Of a DNA stretch of 64,000 bases, positions 37,714 through 50,966 are shown piece after piece (within the stretch, counting starts at the first letter, position 1; every line of letters starts with the position of its first letter). Location of the stretch: NCBI GenBank assembly GCA_964187785.1, contig OZ076409.1, positions 85,686,001-85,750,000 on the forward strand, read 5' to 3'. The position numbers were made by a program, and so were the translations under genes. Under the pieces are notes generated by a model, which was not told the origin of the DNA, made no database searches, and was given only the letters and a program-made list of their open reading frames with translations. The stretch comes from Amphiscolops sp. MND2022. Its lineage: Eukaryota.

Positions 37714-39217
37714 GTGAGTTGCATTTTTTGTCTAATTTTTTGTTCGGATAGTCTTTGGACGGTGCTTCACAAAAAAGCCAACGTGATTCGCCGTTGTGTT
37801 TGACATCGACAGTGTATCTGATATTATGGGATTGCTGCTATACATGTTTGAATTGATTGCCAAGTTGTATGGAAAGTATTTAATTGAGGAAGAAAAACCA
37901 CAATTCTGAACATTTTTGAATATTTCAGCTGATTGATATCTGTTTTTGAAAGTCACAGTGAAACAAGGCGCAGAATTAAATGTAACGTCACCGTCTAATA
38001 TGCGATTGAAGCGTGTTATAGAAATTTGATAGCTCCAATGTCCGACGTTTCATTGGGCATGTGATTGCTCTTTTCGCTGTTTCCGCCATTTTGCATGCAG
38101 AACGAGGATGAAAGTAGTCAGAACGAGAACATGAGGAATGTGAGAGCAGCGCAACACAGAGAGACTGTGAAAACCTCTGAGAAGGTTTTTGATTTGCTAA
38201 AACCCATTTTTCATTTCTGCATAATACCACCCCAGTAGCGAAAACTGCAATGAATTGGACCCACAGTTTCTAGTTTTATGTTCAACCGTTTCATTTTCTA
38301 ATGGTATCTATCTTCACAGCTTGCAGCAGTATTTTCTTGCTCGAGGGCTATTTTTGGCGATGTCAGACGTTATTCCCCATGTTACCCTGAAAAACTGGAA
38401 GTTCACACTGTTCCACCTTGGCACGTTTTCAAAAGCTGTTCAAGCAGTGATCTTGAGCGAGTAACCGCAAGATGTCCGTTACTGACAGCAATAAAAGTCT
38501 GGGATCGGTCGGAGAGCTTTCTCTGAGGCAGGACCTCCACCTACGGGGCGCGATTTTAAGAACGTTAAATGGATCTGGTAATGATGGGCACCAGTCCCGG
38601 GCGATATCCCCATGCCTGCAGGTTCCTCAACCAATTTGTAAGAAACTAAGCAATACTTCAACGCTTGTCGTTACATAGAGTACACATTGTTTATCCATCA
38701 CCGAGGGATCGTCTCAGGAAGCGTACCTTGATGGGTTTTCAAAATCTGACCCCTGATATTAGACGCCAAACATTTATGACTACTCTAGATTTTTAACCAG
38801 AGTTTTCTAAGATGGAATGATTGTATTCAAATACCCATTGTATATGATGTTATTGAAAAAGTTTGAAAAAGTTTTTGTTGACAGTAATCGTTAAAAATTG
38901 CAGGTTCCCATCAGCAAAATGCTATAAAGTTGGTAGAGATGTTATAACAGGTGTTCCGCGGCCTATTTCCTTTTTATTGCCAAAGTATGACGTATGCAGA
39001 TGAGGATGTATCGCGGAGGCTCCGACGCAGTATAAAATGGCCCTAAACTATGTGATCGACTGTCCCATCTCATTTCTTGTGAATACGATCCACAGAGATG
39101 ATTTTTGATGGATCTGTAGAACAAATAACGACGTTCCTGACGATCCAACCACTTTTCTCTAAATGCTCTGGGTAAGGAGACTTAATGGAAATAAAAGTGC
39201 AAGTTCGCAAATCCGGT

Positions 39218-39883
39218 TGTCGTAAGCACAAGTGTTCATTGATCCGTCATTAGGATGATCACGGTTTGGCTCACTTCTTGAGTTTCCTCTAGATTTCTCA
39301 TTGCAGAACTTTTCGGAGTTCACCTCCGGTCTCTCGGACGGAACGTCCCATCTATCTTGTGTCAAACGGCCCGATCCGGAATTAAGGGCATTTTAAATCT
39401 GAGGCAATATTTGATTACTGATTGCATCACTAATTGCCCTTTCGATCTGGGTGTTAACACTACTCATCATTTCATCTAAGTCTCTTGATAACCTCGAGTT
39501 CAACTCACTCGACAGTCTGTTGATCTCTGCACTAGAATTAACACTAGCCGAATTTTGGCCATATTCGGCAACAATACTAGTACCGACATTTCATGAATCT
39601 AACAACATGTTCTCACATTATTTTTTCATTCATTGCCCAAGGCGCCTTCTGACCTTCCAGCGTCGTTGCTGCTAAGGCTTCCGTCTCTTTCGTTTCTATT
39701 AAAATGATTTTCTCCAAGCATGATGTCTAGATTTTCTATATCTGAGAGCATCTCAATTCCTCTAGATTTTTAAAGCTTTCTTTTGCTTTCTTGTAGTAGG
39801 CACTTGAACAGAACTTGAGATAAAACAGTGAATTAGTCATAGCTCGAAAACAGTATTTAAAGGATGAACTGAACAGTAGGCAG
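39218..39883 (-). mobile_element. LTR remnant with decayed gag N-terminus, related to 18129-18990, cut by the assembly gap
   Basis: Minus-strand RLSSELNSRLSRDLDEMMSSVNTQIERAISDAISNQILPQI aligns with MLSGEMNARMSREMETMMDVMYTKIRRAISSAISERIIPEI. TG boundary at 39218. Confidence 0.65.
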
Positions 39884-40082
39884 NNNNNNNNNNNNNNNNN
39901 NNNNNNNNNNNNNNNNNNNNNNNNNNNNNNNNNNNNNNNNNNNNNNNNNNNNNNNNNNNNNNNNNNNNNNNNNNNNNNNNNNNNNNNNNNNNNNNNNNNN
40001 NNNNNNNNNNNNNNNNNNNNNNNNNNNNNNNNNNNNNNNNNNNNNNNNNNNNNNNNNNNNNNNNNNNNNNNNNNNNNNNNNN
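39884..40082. other. Assembly gap (N run)
   Basis: Run of N. Confidence 1.
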
Positions 40083-40760
40083 NGTGTGATTGTCTGAATC
40101 ATTTTGAATTAATATACGAAAAGTAGTGCATAATATTATGTTTGTTCAGTCTTCCACTTGAGTTTAATTCAAGAAGAGATGCCGCGTATCGCATCATGCA
40201 TAAAGTCGTGGAATCCAAGAAATTTATGATTATTGCAATCTGATTGGTTCATTTCGCAAAACTTACGTTTTTGTGGAATCCGGGACACCGCTGCATGCCG
40301 ACAGTTCGTACAGCTAAGCATTTGTTACTGGAATCCACGACTAAATCCGTGGAATCCGGGACAATGGACGTAATTTGCCAATTTTGCACGGTTAAAGGTA
40401 TGGTCGTGGAATCCGAGATATTGAAAGCACTATGTTGCGCTTTGAGCAAATAAGGCTTGCCTGTGCACTCTAATGAGTATTGCGGTGAATCCTAGTAGTA
40501 GTCCTGGTCATATACGCTTCGAATGTGGTGCATTTGCTGATACTGGAATCGCTTTCTTGTTTAATCTGGTTGGAACTGGCATTACGCAACCAAACTAAGA
40601 AAAATATCTGAACTAGGGTCTTCCGGATCTTACACACAAAATATCACACATGTGTACGAAGTAGCACTTGGTGGGTCCGTACACGAAACGGGCATAAGGT
40701 GGGACGTACACACTTTTCCCTTGGTGGGACATACACAAAAACTTTAACTCGGCTATTAAT

Positions 40761-41133
40761 AATACTTATTGACATGCATTGGTGGGACCTTAACACAAAA
40801 TCTTTTCGGCGATTTTCAGCTATCAAGAATACTTACTGACATGCATTGGTGGGACCTTAACACAAAATCTTTTCGGCGATTTTCAGCTATCAAGAATACT
40901 TATTGACATGCATTGGTGGGACCTTAACACAAAATCTTTTCGGCGATTTTCAGCTATCAAGAATACTTATTGACATGCATTGGTGGGACCTTAACACAAA
41001 ATCTTTTCGACAATTTTCAGCTAACAATAATACTTATTGAAATGCATTGGTGGGACCTTAACACAAAATCTTTTCGACAATTTTCAGCTATCAAGAATAC
41101 TTATTGACATGCATTGGTGGGACCTTAACAAAA
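40761..41133. repeat. Tandem repeat, 67-bp unit x ~5.5, containing TTGGTGGGAC
   Basis: Units start at 40761, 40828, 40895, 40962, 41029 and 41096. Confidence 0.95.
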
Positions 41134-42685
41134 CATTGTTTTTCCAATGTTATTCTCTACGAATGAAACTCGGTCATTGGAGAGAGCAAAGTATTGTAGC
41201 TACTGAATCAATTATTGATATTGAAAAAGAGGGGACAATCATTTATTGCATTTATTGTAAATGAATTTTTCTATAATGACTGAATGGTATTTACATTCCA
41301 ATAACTTTGGAATTTACATTACTGGATTTACACCCCAGTAATTCCATATTTGTTGTACACCTACTGGATAGTTTTCATATACCTTACTCTTTACAGTACA
41401 CAGTTTGCTGGTAACAAGTTGACTGGTAAATTAAAAATCAAAGTCATTGCAAATCTTTTATTCAGCCCAAACAACGTTATTACAACTCAAGTGAAGTTTC
41501 ATACAATCTGGATTTGTTTGAAACGATCTCATAGTTCATACTGTTTCTTTGTTATCCTGTCACTGATAACTGATCATTTTCTTGCGTCACTGATGGTCAT
41601 GTTCCGTATTTTATCTTTGATATCCTGCCACTTCGAAGCATGGGGGTACTTTTTCATTGCCTCCAAACAAACTGCACGGCCAGGCAGTCGCCCTTGCATC
41701 ATCTCTTCTCGGAATTGTTTCCTCAGCCTTTTTTCTTGATCCAGTGGCCATGTTCGTCGTGTAGTACCACCAGGCTTAGGCTTCTTCTTACCACTAGTAG
41801 TTTTCTTTCGATTCCTTTTGACGGTTGTATCAAATTCATCCGAAATTGAGAGATTGTTTTTGCTTCCCGAGCTTGAGGCCTGGGACATTCTGAGTGAACT
41901 GTCTGCGACGTCACGGGATTTCGCATGATCGGTAGTACCTTGGACTGCGGTTTCGTTATCCTTAACAAAACAACTTCTGATTACTCAAATGAAGTCAATC
42001 TGTTTTTACCTAAACGATTTTGTTTTGGCTATGTTATACAAAGTTCCATTTTTATGTTTTCGAGAGTTTTGAAAAGCAACGCGACGTGATAGAGAACAGG
42101 CCTTCATTGTCTAGATGCATGTTTTTTGTGCACAATTTAGATGTGTAATGTTTCGTTGGGAGTATGATCCGAAAGAAACACAATGTGAACAAAAATGGGT
42201 TTGTATTGCTTCAGTAGAAACTTCATACGAAATAAACGAAGATCCGAATTATCCGGATACGAATTAAATGCAATTGACTGTACTGTTATCTGAAACATTC
42301 AGAAGTATTTATGATTGGCTGGAACTTTTTCCTTTTCCCCCCACACAAAGATGATGTTTTTGCAATTATATGTATCTCAATTGCGTTTCCAATGAAACAG
42401 TTCAGTTTTAAATTTATTCTTAGGGTGATAGTTCAGGATTCAGATACAAAATTTGTTCACACTTTTTCATAATAATAATAATATGCATGGAGCTTTAGAT
42501 GTTGTGATTATAATTATGATTAGTATAACTAAAATTGAAGTCCAGCATGTAGTTTCAAATGGTTTTTGATTTTTCAATAGATTCTTCCTGGAACCGTGGG
42601 GGATTTTCTTTATTGCAATAGTACAAATCAAAACCAATTTTTTTAATTAATCCGGACTGATATTTTCAAAAACTAGAAAACTAAC

Positions 42686-43465
42686 AGAGTCGTCCAACTC
42701 GCCATCATCCAGTGTCGGTTGAATTGTGTCAAGGTGTTTCGAATAGGCATCCTCGAGTTTACCGCTGTCGACCATATACAACAATTTTGTAACTTTTGCT
42801 AGATTTACGGCATCAGTGTGCATCCTGTAATACTTGTCGTGAACCCTTAAGTCATGACCCAGAAAATCAGCAACCCAAGTCCTCTGGTGCTGTGGTAAGT
42901 TCAAAAACTGTGCTGCAGTTGCCATATACTTTCGAAGCTTCGTTGACCTGAACAAAGGTTTGTTCTCCAGCTCAAAGTCTTTAGCGAACTTGTTCAGGGC
43001 CTCAGCGCTCCGGTAATGCAGTTTTCCACCTTCTGTTTGGAAGAAGTACGTTTCATTTTTCAAGTTGTCATCATTTATCATGATATCAATAAGTTTGAGT
43101 GTGTCCGGTGGCACCAGCACTGGGACAACTTTTCCGCCCTTCCCAGGAAGTCGGAGGAGTGTGTAGACTTCTGCGAACTTTTCCTCTAGTTTTGTAAGCT
43201 TCACGAGCTCATTATCCGCTGTCTTTGCTCGTTCACAGGCAAGACTCCGTTGTAATATCATATCTCTTCTTTTGATTCCAGAAACTTCACGATCACGCTT
43301 CTTGTTGAAACTAACAAGATCAGCTATCACAGTTAGTTTGAGTTCGGCATAGTTATACTTAGTCAGTGCAAGGAGTTCTCGCACTTTTTTTCCAATGCTT
43401 TGCCGGAATTTAATGATGTCGGTAGTGGGAATAACCAGATGTATGCTCTCATTTTGCTTCTTGAC
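42686..43465 (-). other. Tyrosine recombinase catalytic domain (exon of the fusion gene)
   Basis: R...K...(S)xxR...H...Y arrangement typical of lambda-integrase-family enzymes. Confidence 0.85.
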
Positions 43466-45861
43466 CTACCTAGAAAAACACAAGGTGATTAAATTTGGGA
43501 AAGAAAAGGCTCAAAAGGTTTATCAGCTAATTTTAGGGGACCTAAATAAAACCTGTGGAGCAACTTTTTACATTGTGGCTTCTTTTAGGGGAATTGTTGA
43601 GGAAACCAGATTCAGTGGGACATACACCCGCTTTTTTACTTGGCCTTGGTGGGACGCAGTCTAAGTGAGACATGAAAGGTGGGACCCGCTATAAAGCCTA
43701 GAGAAAAACGACTGAAATTGGCTGAGTAACTATTTCAGACAAAGTTCCACCACGTTTTCTTACACTCCGCAACTACATATTTCTTCATTTTTTGCCATTT
43801 TTGGTGTTTCTTGTAAATATTTGCCTCAATAGTTTTTGAATGGTTCCAACTTACTCGTATTTAGCAGGTGCGGATATTTGAGCCCATTCAGTGTCAATAA
43901 TTTTCTGAAACTATTTAGCTTGTTGAGATATCTCCTTCTTCTCCTACACGAAAGCTTGATCTTGCAGAAAAGCAGCAGCTGTTTTCAGAATCGATCCCAT
44001 TTTTACTTGGTAGGCTTTTGCAAATTTTTTGAAACCGCCTCTTTCACTCTTGACCACATGTCTGGTCTGATTAGTTCAATCAAATATGAGCATTCCAGTT
44101 GGAGAACAAGTTTGGCCATGATTCGCATTCTGTCCCTGATCTGATTGTAGCCCTCGTCTGATATCGCTTGTTGAAATAATATTCCCCAACATACTTTATA
44201 AGGGGGTCATTTCGTATTAGTTCTGCAACTGGATCGTTTCTTAAATTGTTATAAAGGAATTCCTGGAATGGGGTGTTATGATTTGCTTTGATTTCAAGCA
44301 TCAACGCAAAGATGGCAGCTTTGATGTTTTTGTTGTTTCCTTCTTTATGGCTAGACTTGGTAACTGCCGGGCAGTCTAGTTTGTGCCGGTACATGGTTTT
44401 TCTCATGAAGAAGCCAAGACAATCAGGACAAGGAGCATAGTTATCAGCTGTTGGATTCTCCGTTTCCGTCGGGTCCCTGACTACAATCAGTTTGTCAGTG
44501 AATCTGTTCGTCTCTATGCATTTTTTGAAAACCGCGATGTTATATTTGTACTGTCCTTCATATGTGATCAAGCGGTATGTTTGATCTTTCTCTTTATGAA
44601 GTTTCCTCAAATCGCGTTCAGTTGTGGCGATTTCCTTACTTCCTTCTAGTTCTTCTATTTCTAGATTTATTCGCCTAAGGTTACTGACGCGGAGCTCTCT
44701 TTGATGGAATGATTGCAAATGGCGATGTAATTTGGCAACCATTGTCGCATCTTTGATATCTTCAAAAGGACAGTAAGGAGAACATTTCTTCTTCTTGTAT
44801 TTACCTTCAGAGACAACAATGTGGATCTTCCTGAGATACTTTGAGTTGAATCTCCATTTTCCGGAACAATTAGCGTTGACATATTGTTGCATGTCGTCTT
44901 CAATGTTGTCATAGCCTTCCATAGTGTTTGCAACATCATCTGGTCCTGCAGACGACGTTGAAGCTAGTGCGGTCTGATAACTACTTTCACTGATCTGAGA
45001 AATGCCTTCTCCCAATACCACCGTCTGGTTTGATGAAACTTTATTGGGTGTACTTGGCGCTCTTTCAGCTGTTGATGCAGTTTTTGTTTCTTCTTCTGAA
45101 GACAGTTCTTCGCTACCTTCATCCTCATCAACATTGTAACTTTCACATGAGGACTCAGATGTTTCAGACGACGAATCGTCACTGGAACTCTCGCTTGACT
45201 GTTCAGGTATGTCGCTGTGTTCTTCAGCTGAGTCAGAATCCACATCTTCCTCAGGCTTCGGCGTTAAGTATTCGCGTCCTTTGTTGAGAATTCTCAAAGC
45301 CCTTGATGTTCCCTCAGAGAGCTCCAACTGCTTAAAAAGGAAGAATCTTATTCTTTCTGGAAAACACAGTTCGGAAAAAATATTTCGCTCTAAAACCACA
45401 GTGGCTTCCTTTTGGACTAAAATTGTGTTGAGGTTATTTCCAGATTATGAAGCATTAGAATCTACATTCTTTCACAATGCGTTTGTTTTTACGTGCAAAA
45501 TTCAGTCAAGCATTCCTCAACCACATTGCGTTTCTTTTCACATGATTAAATTTAAGAATTCTAAAAAAATTTTTAACAGCTTGATTTTTGAAATCTTGTG
45601 GCACTTCAATGAATGCGGTGCATGAAAGCCATTAATTTGCTTTCACTTTGAGGTGCAAACGCAATCAAAAAAGATTTTTCAAAAAGTCAGTAATTTCAAG
45701 TCTTAAACGGGTAATTAATGAAATTGTGCTTACCTTCTGAGGTATTATACATTCGTTTTTGGCTTCGTAAGGTGTTTTCGGTTTTCTTTCTTCTAGTTTA
45801 GTCAATTTGGCATACGATGCTTCAATGCTTCTAGTTACATTCTTCGGTTTCCGTGGTTGTT

Positions 45862-46570
45862 TAGGAGCTTTCGCTTCTGTGTCAGTAGTTTTGTTTTTCT
45901 CAACTTTGCCAGATTTGTTTTGCGATGATTTTGTTGAGATCCTCGGTTCCATGTCCCCGCCTTTGCGTAACGGGTTAGGAGCCTTCTCTTCTGTGTCAGT
46001 AGTTTTGTTATTCTCAACTTTGCTAGATTGGTTTTGCGATGACTTTGTTGAGATTCTCGGTTCCGTGTTCCCGTCTTTGCGTAACGGGTTAGGAGCCTTC
46101 TCTTCTGTGTCAGTAGTTTTGTTTTTCTCAACTTTGCAAGATTGGTTTTGCGATGATTTTGTTGAGATCCTCGGTTCCGTGTCCCCGTCTTTGCGTAACG
46201 GGTTAGGAGCCTTCTCTTCTGTGTCAGTAGTTTTGTTTTTCTCAACTTTGCTAGATTGGTTTTGCGATGATTTTGTTGAGATCCTCGGTTCCGTGTCCCC
46301 GTCTTTGCGTAACGGGTTAGGAGCCTTCTCTTCTGCGTCAGTAGTTTTGTTTTTCTCAATTTTGCTAGATTGGTTTTGCGATGATTTTGTTGAGATCCTC
46401 GGTTCCGTGTCCCCGTCTTTGCGTAACGGGTTAGGAGCCTTCTCTTCTGTGTCAGTAGTTTTGTTTTTCTCAACTTTGCTAGATTGGTTTTGCGATGACT
46501 TTGTTGAGATCCTCTGTTCCGTGTCCCCCGCAACGTTGAGTGATGGGTTAGGAGCTTTTTCTACTGTGTC
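45862..46570 (-). repeat. Coding tandem repeat, 120 bp (40 aa) x ~6
   Basis: EEKAPNPLRKDGDTEPRISTKSSQNQSSKVEKNKTTDT-type unit repeated nearly perfectly. Confidence 0.95.
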
Positions 46571-48164
46571 CGCTGCGTTTTGTATCTCAATGTTGATAGA
46601 TTCGTTGCATGATTGCAATGACACAGGCTGAAGTGGAATTGTGAGGTTCTTCGCACTAAGATTAGGATACAAATTGGAAACTTTTTTCACTGGAACTTCA
46701 GATTCTTTTCCTTTTCTTTGCGTTGTTGATGCAACTCTTTTTTCTGAATCACCGGGTTTTTCTTTTTCAGGTCCAGATTGTTTGAAGAGAGTTTCCAGTT
46801 TCTTCTTCCTTGTCACTGTTATGAAGGGCTCCTCCACCTTACGAGATAATTTGTTTTTGGAATCAGCGGCTTCTATATTATCTATATTACTTTTTAATCC
46901 CGAAGCTTGGGGATTTCGTCTCCATTCTGCATGAGGAAAACCATAATCATAGTGCAACTCCTCACCTGTGAATATGAACGGATAAACAAGAATGATCAAT
47001 TGATATTTGTTTCTTTTAATTGTCTCACAAAAATGACTTTTTGGTGAAAATTTTTGCAATAGGCAGTGTTTTCCAATTTTCAGATGCCCCGTTAAGGCCG
47101 TGTAAAATTAAGTCCGTTTACGATACCAGAGTTGGTGGGACATAGATTCCACTTTTTACTGAGCCTTGGTGGTACCTCATACGAAACAGTGCAAAATGCA
47201 TGGAATTTGCTAAGAAACCGTTATGGCCGTGTAAAATAATAGCCTGGTACTTCCAAGTGTGTATTACTGCAAAACCGTTCAATATATCGTTACGCTTTGA
47301 TCAACACTTGGTGGGACACTGATCCCTTTTTCACTGAAGCTTGGTGGGACTCACACTCAGTACCTCAAACGGCATTCTGTTTTGTAAAAAAAAATCAAAC
47401 TAACCAGACTGAATCGGGCGAGTTGCCAGGAAGATACAATGGTTTCTACCTTCGTCATCAGTGACCTTCTTCATCCGACAGTTAGCAGCCACTGCTCTGT
47501 CCTTGTCGTTGATGAATCGAGCCATTCCTGAATTCTTTTCGTCAGAAGTGTCAATGAATACCGCTTGTTTCCCTTCTTGCAGTTCCATCACATAGTCGAA
47601 GTTTGACTTTTTTGTTGTACTTCTCGGTCCCCAGTAAGTGAGCAAAAACTCTTTGTCGTCAAAACTTCTGTTAGCAAAAAGCCCTCGCCCCGTGGCCCCG
47701 TTTGCAAACTGTACAGTTTTCACTTGGAAACCTTCTGGGTCTGAGTAAAGAAAAGAGCTCCAGGGCTCTGCTTTCCGGGCAGCACTTCTTGTTGACATTC
47801 AAGTCCTAGAAAGTTACGTTTAATAAAGTCCTGACAGACAAGAAATTGTTTTTAACCCCATCTCACTAGTGAACTCGATGTACATTTTTAAGCTTACAAA
47901 ACATTGAATTAAAAAACTACTCCGAAGAAAAGCTTCAATTACGAAAGACCATTAGTATACTGATACTTCCAGATTCTGTAAGGTAGCGACAAATGATTTA
48001 GGCAAAAACAAAGTTACACGTAGCCTACAAGTCGGAAGAATAATTGAGCAAATTCAAAGTTGAAGCTGAATTTTTTGCATCAACTGTTCTCTTGAATTCT
48101 CAAAATCCCCAACATTTGAACATTTATCATATGAAACTTTCGATTCTTTCCTATACCTTGTATA

Positions 48165-48563
48165 CAGAGGTATGACAGCGATAGCGACAATTCAGCATGA
48201 ATTAGCGATAGCGATAGTTAACGACAAATTAAAGCGTAAGCGAACTTTTTTAAACTAGAAATTCAGAATTAACTAATGCAATAAAATATTGCGAATAACT
48301 TGACACATCATTTTGGCTTTTTCCTTTCCAACAGTTATTCAATGAGCCCGGCTTTGTAGACGAAGTACAATTTGCCCAAAACTTCAAAATTTAATAATTT
48401 TAAAGTACATTTCTGAAATTTTCATATGAACATTCTGAAAATCAGATTTTCAAATAAGCGATAGCTTTAGCGAACCACCCATTTTGTTGTAGCGATAGCG
48501 ATGAAATCAAATCATTAGCGACGTTAGCGATTTGCGATAAAATTGTTAGCGATCACACGTCTG
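48165..48563. mobile_element. hAT-like MITE with subterminal (T)AGCGA repeats
   Basis: Imperfect TIRs CAGAGGTATGA / TCACACGTCTG, AGCGAT motifs clustered near both ends. The 8-bp flanks are not identical. Confidence 0.5.
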
Positions 48564-48751
48564 CTGTCTAGTATTTACTACGTAAGTAAAAAACTAAGCA
48601 AGAGTGCTCAGTAAGTAAAAAACACATGACACTAAATAAAGAAAGCAAACTGTTTGCATGTTCATCAGTCAATAAAGAGCCGAAGATCAAGTTTTGAAAC
48701 TGAAATTGAAGACTTCCTCAAGCTGCACTATCTGGACTCTGTTGTTTCTCC

Positions 48752-50720
48752 TCAACGTTGTAGACACTCCTCAATTACATTCCAACGCAAGTCGCTGATG
48801 GTTGCTGCATAGCGATACAAGAACTCTGTCCAGGGATTGTCCAGCGGAAATTCTTTACCAGTTGGTCGCTCATCAGATTTAATGATCTGCAGCATCTCAC
48901 GCATGGCGGCTTTCGTGATAGGACTCGCGCGGTTTTTATTAGCCCATTCCATGTAGAGCTGCATCACTATCAAACCTGGGAAGTTTGGAAACAAGAAACG
49001 TCTGGCCAAACCTGCGTCTAGCTCCTTCTTGAAGGCTAGGGCACTCTGGTGGAGGTGGGTTTCCATAATGAAGTTACACGCATAAGCAATGCTATCAACA
49101 GGGGTGTGAACAAAGTGAATCCACTGGCTTGGTAAGAAGATAGCGTCTCCTTCTTGTACCACTATATGATAGCATGTGACATCTCGATGGAAACCGAAGA
49201 AAGTGGAGCTGAAAACGACAATAATCAAAATTGAGAGAACTAACTTCTACTTTAAACATCGGAAGTTTTCTAAGAAGTTTCAGCCCCTTGAAGGTTTCTT
49301 GTAACTCGTGAAAAGCAAACCCTTTTTTGGAAATAACTTCAGTCATAACCTTCAGCTTTTAACAGTTGATGACAACCATCACATAACCAATTACAACTTA
49401 ACATTAAGGAAAAAGATCGCAATTTTTAATTTAAACTGAAGTAAAAACTGAGTTTTCCTTTTTACAAACCTTTTCCATTCAGTCTCTCGCCATTCGTCAA
49501 AACGCTGTTGGACTTTCTGGGTTGGCTCTACGATGAAAAATTTTTTCCTTCCCTTCAACAAAAAGTAAAAAACGGAAGTTCCGGTGAAATCCTGATGCCA
49601 ATCCGTCTGTGCTTCCTGTTCAGTCATCAAGAGGTAATTGCTGATGCCAGCAGTGAAGTCAAACTCTTCTCGGATTGAGGGATCCATTCTTGAGGTGTAA
49701 GTATGACCCAGAGAATAATCTTTCATCAAGTTTGGAATCGAAAATGTGTGTTTCATTGTCCTCTGATGCGGACCAATGTCAAGGTCGATGATGTTCATTG
49801 GATGAAGATCTTGCTCGCGGAATGGGTCTTCATGATGCTCCAAAAAACTTGCCAAGGTCATGTTGTTCTCCACTTCCTGGAGTGCTGAAAAACACACATT
49901 TACTTTCCTGCTGCAAGGGATTCCCTCAGTTATTTTACGGAAGGTACCATGTATGGCACTAGGAACAACAAGACCAGGAAGTTTGCCCCTAGCTTGTCTC
50001 AAAACTACAGGACATGGTGTACTTCTCGTCATTCGGTTCTTGAAATCCTGAAGGTTGTTGACAGTGAAACTTTGGGTGACTGGTACTTTCCCTCGAATTA
50101 AATCCAAAAACTTTTTTGAACCAACTTTGGAACGATTGTGTGAACCCCATTTGAAGGAATCTAAATACGGCAGTTCAATTTCCGGTATCTTTTGTTTTTC
50201 TTCAACAGCAGTCTCTTCTTCAAGAGCAATCTCTTCTCCGGGAGCAGTCTCTTCTTCAGGAGCAGTCTCTTCTTCAGGAGCAGTCTCTTCAGGAACAGTC
50301 TCTTCTTCGCGAGCAGTCTCTTCACGAGCAGTCTCTTCTTCACGAACAGTCTCTTCTTCACGAGCAGTCTCTCTTTCTCTAGGAGGGGTTACTAATTCGG
50401 GAGGAAACACTTCACCAGAAGCAATTACTTCTTCAAAAGTAACTGATTCACCGAAAAATTCTCCTAGGGGAGGAATAGACTGTTGCCTTTCGGGGCTAAC
50501 TCTGGGTGTCCTGTCGAGAGAAGTTGTTGCAGCTTCGGATTCGGGAGAAGGTACATCATCTCTGGTTACATCAACAGGAGCATCTACTGGAGTTGTAATA
50601 CGCGATGTGGTTCTAGCTTGCAGACGTCTACATTGTTGATTTTCTTGTTTATGACGGAGTATCAATCCCAATGTCTCGTTAATACTTTTCCACAAACATT
50701 GCATTCGAATGAACCCTTCT
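48752..50720 (-). CDS. JmjC-domain histone-demethylase-like gene (KDM2/KDM7-type), at least two exons; 5' end frameshifted or uncertain
   Basis: TDWHQDFTGTSVFYFLLKGRKKF and GDAIFLPSQWIHFVHTPVDS (HxD...H iron ligands; T/K 2-oxoglutarate residues). Intron 49469-49209 is GT-AG, phase 2. Contains an EETARE-type repeat. Confidence 0.85.
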
Positions 50721-50966
50721 GACGTTCTGAAGCAACAGTTTAAGTTGATACGTTAAGGATTTGAACCACAGTGAAAGGCGATTATATGGGTAATAATGAA
50801 TACCAATAACACTTTTTGTTCTGATGATCAATTTAAATACATATCATTTCCAGGAAACTTCTTCACTTGTTTAAGCAAAGCAGACTAAGTGGGACATAGA
50901 CCCCTGTTTTTATTAGGCCTTGGTGGGACATAAAAGTTGAGAGCCGCTATTAAACCTTTCACGCCA

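Larger units (their letters stand above)
41574..47798 (-). pseudogene. Five-exon SET domain - repeat - Zn motif - tyrosine recombinase - Myb/SANT-like fusion gene (disrupted)
   Basis: Exons 47798-47405, 46965-45734, 45330-43855, ~43469-42686, 41960-41574 with GT-AG junctions. SET motifs GRGLFA, ARFIND, G|EELHYDYG. YR motifs FNKKRDREV, PGKGGKVVPVL, STKLRK, FLGHDLRVHDKYY. Two frameshifts and in-frame TAG stops around 44170-43466. Confidence 0.8.

Noticed and set aside
37750..39200. Short ORFs between element B and the gap
   Set aside because: No recognisable domain or consistent exon chain could be built by eye.
40761..41133. CRISPR-like array
   Set aside because: Units are near-identical along their whole length with no unique spacers, there are no cas genes, and the context is eukaryotic. 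It is a plain tandem repeat.
45807..46631. 274-aa plus-strand and 232-aa alternative-frame ORFs
   Set aside because: Shadow ORFs of the stop-free 120-bp coding repeat.
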